Virus record (IMG/VR): IMGVR_UViG_3300046491_000064
Location: 40,060 to 104,059 of that record
Length of the DNA stretch: 64,000 nt
Direction: 5' to 3' (one strand)
Source: a virus
Taxonomy: Duplodnaviria > Heunggongvirae > Uroviricota > Caudoviricetes
The translations under genes were made by a program, and so were the position numbers. Shown piece after piece: positions 29,652 through 36,529 of this stretch. The notes beneath the pieces were generated by a model that was not told where the DNA came from, did not search any database, and saw only the letters and a list, made by a program, of their open reading frames with translations. Positions within the stretch are counted from its first letter, which is position 1. Each line of letters opens with the position of its first letter.

Positions 29652-29850
29652 AGCATTGGCCCCACAGGTTAAGTGGTTAAAGGACAGATGCAAGCAGATA
29701 AAGGAACAGCTTGACACTGAATTGAAGTCTCGTTCAATCTGGTGTGGAAGTAATTATGGTGATCAGTTGAAATCTAGACTCGATGAGTGTGTTGCTATCA
29801 AGATTTCTACTGAGAAGTACATGAAAAAGCTTCGACACGAAGGGAATTGA
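29638..29850 (+). CDS. hypothetical protein
   Basis: GGAGG RBS before ATG 29638. Confidence 0.4.
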   Translation: MKASEALAPQVKWLKDRCKQIKEQLDTELKSRSIWCGSNYGDQLKSRLDECVAIKISTEKYMKKLRHEGN

Positions 29851-29851
29851 A

Positions 29852-30205
29852 ATGGATCACTATCTCAAGGCTCACTTTGAGTCTCTGAAACCAGAAGAGC
29901 TTGAAAAAGTATTTGCATACAAATGCGGTGACTGGTACGATAAGGTGGATGAGCAAGACGGTTGGCTGAAATGCGGTCAGTGTGGTGTCCTACCTCGTAC
30001 TTGGTGTTTCAACAACGGACGTTATGCAACCTGTCTTTGTGTAGATAAGTACGATGAGAAGCCCGTAAGAACTGAAAGTGTTTTGTCAATTCGTAAAAGA
30101 ACAGGGTTGACAGTTGAATTCAAACCGGATAATCTTCGTCTCAGATGGAATGTATATGCCGAAACAGGCATTCCACAAAACAAACTACCAGAAGGGTGTT
30201 GGTGA
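29852..30205 (+). CDS. hypothetical protein with Cys cluster (CGQC..CLC)
   Basis: 117 aa; putative zinc-binding. Confidence 0.45.
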   Translation: MDHYLKAHFESLKPEELEKVFAYKCGDWYDKVDEQDGWLKCGQCGVLPRTWCFNNGRYATCLCVDKYDEKPVRTESVLSIRKRTGLTVEFKPDNLRLRWNVYAETGIPQNKLPEGCW

Positions 30206-30480
30206 TGAGTTCAACCCAGATTAACCAAATGTATGTTACATTGAAAGCATTGTTTGCTGTAGTTACTGAAATGAACAGTTGCGTCAGCGAGGCAACTCAA
30301 GAGCTTGAGCACCAAATGTTTCAGCTTGACGAACTGATGAAACCTTTCGTTGGAGCGACAGTTGAGATGGTTCGTGCTCTGCGTGAGATTACTGGTGAAG
30401 GCATGACTGCTTGTAACAAGGCATTGATTGAGGCAAGAGGTAATCAACAATTGGCTATCAAAATCCTTCGTGGGTTCTAG
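30205..30480 (+). CDS. protein with EF-Ts N-terminal (UBA-like) domain
   Basis: VEMVRALREITGEGMTACNKALIEARGNQQLAIKILRG resembles the EF-Ts N-terminal motif (LRERTGAGMMDCKKAL..AIE.LR); TGATG coupling. Confidence 0.5.
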   Translation: MSSTQINQMYVTLKALFAVVTEMNSCVSEATQELEHQMFQLDELMKPFVGATVEMVRALREITGEGMTACNKALIEARGNQQLAIKILRGF

Positions 30481-30489
30481 GAGATACTG

Positions 30490-30750
30490 ATGTATAAGCA
30501 GGATACAGAATGGTTTGCTGGATTTAAATCGGCAGAGCATAACTTCAATAACACGATAGATATCCTTATCAGCTTGAATAGCGTGTCTAATGAAATGAGA
30601 GCTATGAGAGAAATTGACGAAAGTCAATTTCTTGATACATACTGTAAATCGGATTCGTTTAAAGCAGGGTATTCCGATTTCGTTTACAACAAAAAGATTC
30701 GTCTAGGCGTTAAAAAGGAGCCTGAACAATGGCATATCGTAAGCTTGTAG
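30490..30750 (+). CDS. hypothetical protein
   Basis: 86 aa. Confidence 0.4.
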   Translation: MYKQDTEWFAGFKSAEHNFNNTIDILISLNSVSNEMRAMREIDESQFLDTYCKSDSFKAGYSDFVYNKKIRLGVKKEPEQWHIVSL

Positions 30751-31130
30751 ATGGTGATTTGGTAAGAATCATCGGTGGTGAATGGCATGGGTTTGATGCT
30801 GTCGTAATTGATGCGGGTGAGTCGTCATCGAGGGTTCAGGTTGGCGGTGCCGACTGGGGGCAGCAACGGGCGGTGTGTTTCCATGTGAGAAACAATCACC
30901 TTCTTATCCGAGATGAACCAAACGGTTTTATTGTAGATGGAAGGGTTGACACGAAAGCACAAGATGAGTATCATGAGCGCCTTCGTCTGATTACACCACC
31001 TTACAATGATGACGAAGAGGATGAATATTCTCAATATGAGGACTGGACAAACACGGATTTGATTGATAAGATCATCTCGCTCGAATCGAAGCTGTTAAAG
31101 CTTCAGCAAGAACTTGACGGTCTTCTGTAA
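30729..31130 (+). CDS. hypothetical protein (acidic, C-terminal coiled coil)
   Basis: 133 aa. Confidence 0.45.
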   Translation: MAYRKLVDGDLVRIIGGEWHGFDAVVIDAGESSSRVQVGGADWGQQRAVCFHVRNNHLLIRDEPNGFIVDGRVDTKAQDEYHERLRLITPPYNDDEEDEYSQYEDWTNTDLIDKIISLESKLLKLQQELDGLL

Positions 31131-31138
31131 AATAGTTG

Positions 31139-31167
31139 TTGACAGACGGTAGTGACAAGCGTATAAT
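31139..31167 (+). promoter_or_regulatory. perfect consensus sigma70 promoter TTGACA-17-TATAAT
   Basis: -35 31139-31144, -10 31162-31167. Confidence 0.6.
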
Positions 31168-31176
31168 GCGCAACAT

Positions 31177-31303
31177 GATGTAGTGATGGAATTGGTAGAC
31201 ATATGCGACAAGCCCTACCTGTTTACAGGTCCAAGGTCCGGCACCAGAACGGATGCATAAAGGGAACTCGCTGGTATTATGGGTTCGACTCCCATCTATA
31301 TCA
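31177..31303 (+). ncRNA. tRNA-like structured RNA (possibly a tRNA gene with a ~47-nt insertion)
   Basis: 7-bp acceptor-like helix GATGTAG/CTATATC; tRNA-Leu-type D arm (TG ATG GAATTGGTAGA CAT); canonical T arm ATGGG-TTCGACT-CCCAT; long-range helix TATGC/GCATA; about 19-nt variable region; 127 nt overall, too long for a canonical tRNA. Confidence 0.35.
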
Positions 31304-31325
31304 TCCAATTATGAAAGGAGAAGTT

Positions 31326-31538
31326 ATGAAGGTTTCGCAAGATGAAAAGGTGTTTAGACCAATTACAATTGTTATTGAGTCTGAAGCAGAGCTTGACTAT
31401 TTGTATGCATTGAGCAATAGCTCAACAACGAGCGTGCAAGAGGCAGCTGAAAGTATTGGTATTGTTTTGGCTAAAGATGATAGCCTGCAAATGAACTTCT
31501 ACTATGCTATGTCTAAAGCAAAACAAGACAGCCTGTAA
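31326..31538 (+). CDS. hypothetical protein
   Basis: AAAGGAG RBS 5 nt before ATG 31326. Confidence 0.45.
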   Translation: MKVSQDEKVFRPITIVIESEAELDYLYALSNSSTTSVQEAAESIGIVLAKDDSLQMNFYYAMSKAKQDSL

Positions 31539-31565
31539 TAATTCTATTTTATAACAAAGGAGAAA

Positions 31566-32462
31566 GTGATGTTTAAGAAGTTGATTGGTATTGTAGTGTT
31601 GGGTATGACTCTGGCACTTAGCGGTTGTGGTGAACGCGTGGAAGTTCCACCGGGCTTTGTTGGTAAGATCATGACCAAAGATGGTTATCAGGAAGGTCTG
31701 ATTCCAACTTCGAAACTGCGTCTACCATTCTGTAATGCTTACTGTGATCGTCTTGTTGTTCTGGACACCACGGACAAGTCGTATGTTGAGCAAATGGCTA
31801 TCTTCATTCCGGGTGATAAGCTGATTGTAAATGTCGATCTGCGTGCAACTCTGTCGGTTGATCCAACTAAGGCAGAGGCAATGTTTAATAAGCTGCCACA
31901 AGTACCTGAGAGTGATCAGTTCAGTAAGATTACTGCTGAATCGATCTACAGTACATATGGTAAACAAGTATTGCAGGCTGAAGTTCGTTCTTACCTGACT
32001 CGTTACACAATCTCTGAGATTGCATCGAATGGTGAGAAGATTAACGCTGACATTCAGGTACTGCTTGCAAAGGTTATGGGTGAGCGTACACCGTTTACTG
32101 TTCGATATGCTGGCTTGACCAACATCAAGTATCCTGAGATTATCACTCAGGCTCAAGAGAACAGTGCAAAGCGTCGTGAAATGATTGCTCAGGAAGAGGC
32201 ACAACTTGAAGTAAGTAAAGTTCAACTTGATCGTGAGTTGCAAGAAGCTAAGATGCAGCGTGCAATTGACAAAGAGAAAGCTGAGACTGAAGCTGTAGCT
32301 CAAACTGTTCTGGCTAATGCTGTTGATCCACGTAGTCTGCGAATCAAAGAACTTGAGATTCAAAAGATTCTGGCTGAGAAGTGGGATGGTGCTCTGCCTC
32401 AAACAATCATGGGCGGTGACGGTAAAGTTCCTCTGATCATGGACATGCGTAAACCTCAGTAA
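31566..32462 (+). CDS. SPFH/band-7 (prohibitin/stomatin-like) lipoprotein
   Basis: signal peptide with lipobox LALSGC; band-7 core followed by Glu/Gln-rich coiled coil. Confidence 0.65.
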   Translation: MMFKKLIGIVVLGMTLALSGCGERVEVPPGFVGKIMTKDGYQEGLIPTSKLRLPFCNAYCDRLVVLDTTDKSYVEQMAIFIPGDKLIVNVDLRATLSVDPTKAEAMFNKLPQVPESDQFSKITAESIYSTYGKQVLQAEVRSYLTRYTISEIASNGEKINADIQVLLAKVMGERTPFTVRYAGLTNIKYPEIITQAQENSAKRREMIAQEEAQLEVSKVQLDRELQEAKMQRAIDKEKAETEAVAQTVLANAVDPRSLRIKELEIQKILAEKWDGALPQTIMGGDGKVPLIMDMRKPQ

Positions 32463-32513
32463 TTGAATACGGGCAGCTGCCAATGTGGTTGCCCAACCTG
32501 AAAGGATAGTTAA

Positions 32514-32849
32514 ATGATTGTTCTGCTGAATTACATTGTACCTGTTGTCACATTGATCTTGGTGTACTTCGGTTGGAAGCGTAAGAGTGGATACCCTTTG
32601 GCCTTTGCTGTCGCTTTGGTTCTTATCTACACTGCTGTACAACCAAGTTACATGCCGAAAGGCACTGTTAAGGCATTGCCTAACACTGAGTTCAGAACGA
32701 TTGATACACCGATTGTTGATCGATCATTAAAGCCTAAGTCACCCGAGTATTATGACGATAAGCGTAATGAAGAAATCAAAAAATCGAGTGATAATCTTGA
32801 GAAACAAATTGAACGACTGCAACTTAAACTTAAAACAAGTGAGGAATAA
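32514..32849 (+). CDS. membrane protein (2 TMDs), partner of SPFH gene
   Basis: 111 aa. Confidence 0.45.
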   Translation: MIVLLNYIVPVVTLILVYFGWKRKSGYPLAFAVALVLIYTAVQPSYMPKGTVKALPNTEFRTIDTPIVDRSLKPKSPEYYDDKRNEEIKKSSDNLEKQIERLQLKLKTSEE

Positions 32850-32854
32850 ATAAA

Positions 32855-32983
32855 TGTCTAAAGTATTCTATGAGCGTGCTAGCAAAACCGGTAGCACTCA
32901 GTTCCACTTCCACAAAGCTGATAAAGTATCTCTGCCGAAATCTCGCAAACGTGGTCGCGGTTTCATTTCCCTGAGTTCGTAAA
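32855..32983 (+). CDS. small highly basic protein (42 aa)
   Basis: found manually; GAGGAA RBS; followed directly by a strong terminator. Confidence 0.4.
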
Positions 32984-32993
32984 CTCAGACATG

Positions 32994-33016
32994 CCCCGCT
33001 TAGTCGGGGCTTTTTC
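32994..33016 (+). terminator. rho-independent terminator
   Basis: gccccg cttagt cggggc ttttt. Confidence 0.65.
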
Positions 33017-33042
33017 ATACCTATAAAATAAGGAGTAGCAAA

Positions 33043-33183
33043 TGCACAAGCTTGGTCTGTCGGTTGGCGTTTTCCTGATGCTGACCCTTCAACAACCTTT
33101 TCATGCAGAAGGTGTTGACAAGATGTCGAACCACCTGTATATTGAACAACGTAAACGAAGCCACTTATCCCATTCGGAGTGAT
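33043..33183 (+). CDS. small protein with signal-peptide-like N-terminus (46 aa)
   Basis: AAGGAG RBS. Confidence 0.3.
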
Positions 33184-33187
33184 CCAC

Positions 33188-33373
33188 ATGTTTGACGAAG
33201 AAATCCACACCCTGTTCGAAAACTGGTTCAAGGTTCACTATGACTGGTATATCAAGAAAGCACGTCGCGGATACAGCCTAGCTCGTGATTCAGATGGAAA
33301 ATACCAGTGGGATATCCCCGCTCACGACTTCGAAGTCTTCACAGCCGCACTGAAAATCGGGAGAATGTTCTAA
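33188..33373 (+). CDS. hypothetical protein
   Basis: GGAGTGA RBS. Confidence 0.4.
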   Translation: MFDEEIHTLFENWFKVHYDWYIKKARRGYSLARDSDGKYQWDIPAHDFEVFTAALKIGRMF

Positions 33374-33552
33374 TGGAATATGGATTGAAGGAATACAAAA
33401 GACTGCTTGAACAGGCTATTGACGTGTGGCATGATCCCTACTCAGTTCCTTTCGGTATGGACTCTGATTCTGACGTTGCCCACATGTGGCGTCGATGCAA
33501 GCAGGAAGCAATCACTTGGGCAATCGAAATGATGCCGGAGGAAAAGCAATGA
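33373..33552 (+). CDS. hypothetical protein
   Basis: TAATG coupling. Confidence 0.35.
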   Translation: MEYGLKEYKRLLEQAIDVWHDPYSVPFGMDSDSDVAHMWRRCKQEAITWAIEMMPEEKQ

Positions 33553-33833
33553 CTGATATTGAAGAAATGTTTAAAGAGCACGATAGCGAATTCCTTGACT
33601 ATGGTAAACACAGTCATTTGAGAGATGTTAAGACCCAGTGGTTCATCATGAATATGTTGAACAATGTTACTCCTAATCGTGATTTGATCATTGCATCTAG
33701 CCGTGACTATATTTGGTTTGCAACAAAACCAGAAACATTCATGGAGTGCTTTAATCAGCGTGAGATTGTTGATATGATTCGGTGTGGTTTGATGTACGAC
33801 TCTGAATACGAATGCCTTGCAATATTCTCATGA
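33549..33833 (+). CDS. hypothetical protein
   Basis: ATGA coupling. Confidence 0.4.
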   Translation: MTDIEEMFKEHDSEFLDYGKHSHLRDVKTQWFIMNMLNNVTPNRDLIIASSRDYIWFATKPETFMECFNQREIVDMIRCGLMYDSEYECLAIFS

Positions 33834-33967
33834 AAGATCATGAATTCCGTGAGCAAGTAAATGACCTGAAAGAGTTGGTAATCAAGTACGGTCATACGCA
33901 ACAGCTGAGAGCACAACTTAGTGCTTTCCTTTCACAATTCCAAAACCAATGTGAGAAATCAAAATGA
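33830..33967 (+). CDS. small hypothetical protein (45 aa)
   Basis: ATGA coupled on both ends. Confidence 0.3.
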   Translation: MKDHEFREQVNDLKELVIKYGHTQQLRAQLSAFLSQFQNQCEKSK

Positions 33968-34188
33968 TTTTTGATAAGTTCGACCTGAGTAAACTGGATC
34001 GACAGATGATGAAAGACATTGACAGCATGGGTAAGGGTGTTGTCTGGATGAGAGATGATTACCTGTCAATGCGTGGCATGGCATTCTGTAGTGATCGTAA
34101 ACTTTATGATCTACTGGGTAAGGTTGAATTGCTTCGCGATGAACTGATTAACGAGGGATATGTATTTAACTGCGATAAACACATGTAA
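33964..34188 (+). CDS. hypothetical protein
   Basis: 74 aa. Confidence 0.4.
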   Translation: MIFDKFDLSKLDRQMMKDIDSMGKGVVWMRDDYLSMRGMAFCSDRKLYDLLGKVELLRDELINEGYVFNCDKHM

Positions 34189-34199
34189 GGAGAAAGACA

Positions 34200-34364
34200 A
34201 TGTTTAAAGTTGGTGATAGTGTAAGAGCAACTGAATCTGTGTATCATGGTTTCCGTTCAGGTGATGTTGGTATTGTTGATTCAGTTGCATACTTGTTTGA
34301 TAATGCTGTATACACAGTAAATGGTTATCCATTCTATGCTACTGAATTGGAGTTCGCAAAATGA
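34200..34364 (+). CDS. small protein (54 aa), paralog of next gene
   Basis: AAGGAG RBS; shares VGDSVRA..HGF / VGTKVKVV..HGF KOW/SH3-like motif. Confidence 0.35.
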   Translation: MFKVGDSVRATESVYHGFRSGDVGIVDSVAYLFDNAVYTVNGYPFYATELEFAK

Positions 34365-34549
34365 AAGTTGGGACAAAGGTGAAAGTAGTAGATTCATTCG
34401 GTCATGGTTTCATAATCGGTCAGATTGTAGAATGTATTGGTGTTGATTCACCGCTTTGGGCAAACGATTTCAGAGGTCCACTCTATGGTTCAAACATTAT
34501 GGCCGATCAACTGTTGCTTCCGCATCAGTATGAAGTTGTTGAAGATTAA
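34361..34549 (+). CDS. small protein (62 aa), paralog of previous gene
   Basis: ATGA coupling. Confidence 0.4.
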   Translation: MKVGTKVKVVDSFGHGFIIGQIVECIGVDSPLWANDFRGPLYGSNIMADQLLLPHQYEVVED

Positions 34550-34560
34550 GGAGGGATAGC

Positions 34561-36477
34561 TTGTCGTTAATTGAAAAGGTAGTTAAGCATTACAACCCTG
34601 ATTATAAGGGTGAGGAAAAGATTGTCTGTCCGTTTCATAAAGAGCGAACCCCTTCACTAAATATCTATCACGATCAGAATACGTTCTATTGTTTTGGTTG
34701 TGGTGCCGGTAGTAGTGTTATTGATTACGTTGCGTACAGTGAAGATTTAGATGTAAAGGAAGAGTTTACTGTAGCTCGTGACAAGACTATGGCAATTCTG
34801 GATATGAATTATGAAGACTACCAAGGGGAACGTAAAAAAGTGAGTGAAGGTAACGCTACGGTTATGTTGAATGACTGTCTGCCAGCAATGACAGACGAAG
34901 ATGTAAAGGCTTTCATGGGTTCTGCAAACAAGGTAATCAATGGTCAAAAGGTCAATTGGTTCCAAGGTTTGGGTTACCGTGGGATTAAAGATGAATACCT
35001 CAAGAAGTATGGTCACGTTACAAAGAAAGATGACGAAGGCAACATCGTTAGCCGTCATTACCCTGAAACCAATACTAAAGGAAAGATCGCAGGTTACAAG
35101 TGCCGCAATCACCCAAAAGACTTCCGATACGGCAACGTAGGTAGCACTGGTGGTAAGAACCAACTTTCCGGTCAGGTAATCTTTAGTGGGTTGAACAAGT
35201 ATCTGTTGATTGTTGGTGGCGAAGAGGATAAAGTAGCAGCCTACCAAATGCTTGAGGAAAACCGTGCTGGTCGTCCTACTGTTGCAGAAGTGCATGTTGT
35301 ATCTCCTACTTGTGGTGAGAACTCGGCGGTTAAACAGATTGCATCTCAACGTGACTTCTGTGATCGTTATGAACAAATCATCATCGGTATGGATAATGAC
35401 GAAGCTGGCATTAAAGCAGCTGAAGCGATTGCAGCCGTACTTCCAAAGGACAAGGTGAAGATTGCTGTTTGGACTCGTAAAGACCCGAACAAGATGCTTG
35501 AAGACAAGATGTCTGCTCAGTTCTGCCGTGACTTCTATAACGCTCGACCATTGGTTTCAAGCGGTATTAAAGAAAGCACAAGCAGTATGGATTCTGTTCG
35601 TGAGGAACTGATGCGTCCACGTATTCCACTGCCGCCTGAGTGGAAAGATGTACAAGATGCAATGAAAGGTGGTATTCGTCAGGGTAGTATTGTGAATATC
35701 ATTGGTGATACATCGGTTGGTAAATCGACACACGTCAATGGATTGAATTACTTCTGGATGTTTAGTGCACCACAGAAGGTTGGTGTTGTTTCTCTTGAGA
35801 TGACTGAAGGTCAGTACACACTTGACTTGCTGTCTATTCACCTTGAGAAAAACTTGGCATGGATCGGTGAAGGTGCAGACATTCTCGAATATCTGGATCG
35901 TCCAGAAGTTGTGAAACTGTATGACAACTTGCTTACCGATGAAACTGGTCAACCACGTTATGCGATTCTGGATGAACGAGACGGTGACCTCAAGTTGCTG
36001 GAACGTCAGATTGAGAAGTTGATTCACCAACACGGTTGCAAGATCATTGTTATTGACGTACTGACGGATATTCTTCGTGGTGCGAATGGTGATATGCAAG
36101 AAGACCATATGCGGTGGCAGAAGCAAATCGTGAAGACAGGTGTTACCATCGTGAACATCCTGCACACACGTAAGCCTGTTAACTCTGATGGTACATGGCG
36201 TAAAGCAACTGAGTATGATGCATTCGGTAGTTCGACTTTCGTTCAATCGGCAGCATACAACATTGTGATTAGCCGGGACAAGATGAACTCTGACCCGATT
36301 ATTCGCAACCTGACTCACGTTGACCTTCCGAAATGTCGCGGGGGTGAGACCGGCGAAATCATGCAATTGATTTACGATGTTGAAACCCGTAGTGTAATGA
36401 ACTACAACAACTGGTTGGCAAGACAAAGTGGTAATCGAGGTAGCTCACAGCCACACCCTTCCAAACCAGAGTTTTAA
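34561..36477 (+). CDS. bifunctional DNA primase-helicase (T7 gp4-like: Zn-finger, TOPRIM, DnaB-like helicase)
   Basis: TTG start with GGAGGG RBS; CPFH..C.GCG zinc ribbon; TOPRIM acidic motifs; Walker A GDTSVGKST. Confidence 0.85.
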   Translation: MSLIEKVVKHYNPDYKGEEKIVCPFHKERTPSLNIYHDQNTFYCFGCGAGSSVIDYVAYSEDLDVKEEFTVARDKTMAILDMNYEDYQGERKKVSEGNATVMLNDCLPAMTDEDVKAFMGSANKVINGQKVNWFQGLGYRGIKDEYLKKYGHVTKKDDEGNIVSRHYPETNTKGKIAGYKCRNHPKDFRYGNVGSTGGKNQLSGQVIFSGLNKYLLIVGGEEDKVAAYQMLEENRAGRPTVAEVHVVSPTCGENSAVKQIASQRDFCDRYEQIIIGMDNDEAGIKAAEAIAAVLPKDKVKIAVWTRKDPNKMLEDKMSAQFCRDFYNARPLVSSGIKESTSSMDSVREELMRPRIPLPPEWKDVQDAMKGGIRQGSIVNIIGDTSVGKSTHVNGLNYFWMFSAPQKVGVVSLEMTEGQYTLDLLSIHLEKNLAWIGEGADILEYLDRPEVVKLYDNLLTDETGQPRYAILDERDGDLKLLERQIEKLIHQHGCKIIVIDVLTDILRGANGDMQEDHMRWQKQIVKTGVTIVNILHTRKPVNSDGTWRKATEYDAFGSSTFVQSAAYNIVISRDKMNSDPIIRNLTHVDLPKCRGGETGEIMQLIYDVETRSVMNYNNWLARQSGNRGSSQPHPSKPEF

Positions 36478-36483
36478 TCAAAG

Positions 36484-36510
36484 GGGGAACTTCGGTTCCC
36501 TTTTGTTTTA
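36484..36510 (+). terminator. hairpin plus T-tract between primase-helicase and polymerase genes
   Basis: gggaac ttcg gttccc ttttgtttt. Confidence 0.45.
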
Positions 36511-36529
36511 TGTATCAAAGGAGAAGAGT

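Noticed and set aside
31177-31303. Calling this a canonical tRNA gene
   Set aside because: No 5-7-5 anticodon arm can be placed after the D arm, and the total length (127 nt) exceeds even class II tRNAs. It is kept as a tRNA-like ncRNA at low confidence rather than typed tRNA.
31722-32642. 306-aa minus-strand ORF opposite the SPFH lipoprotein gene
   Set aside because: Antisense to a gene with a lipobox and a band-7 core. No RBS.
35557-36426. 289-aa minus-strand ORF opposite the primase-helicase
   Set aside because: Entirely antisense to a gene with clear Zn-finger, TOPRIM and Walker motifs.
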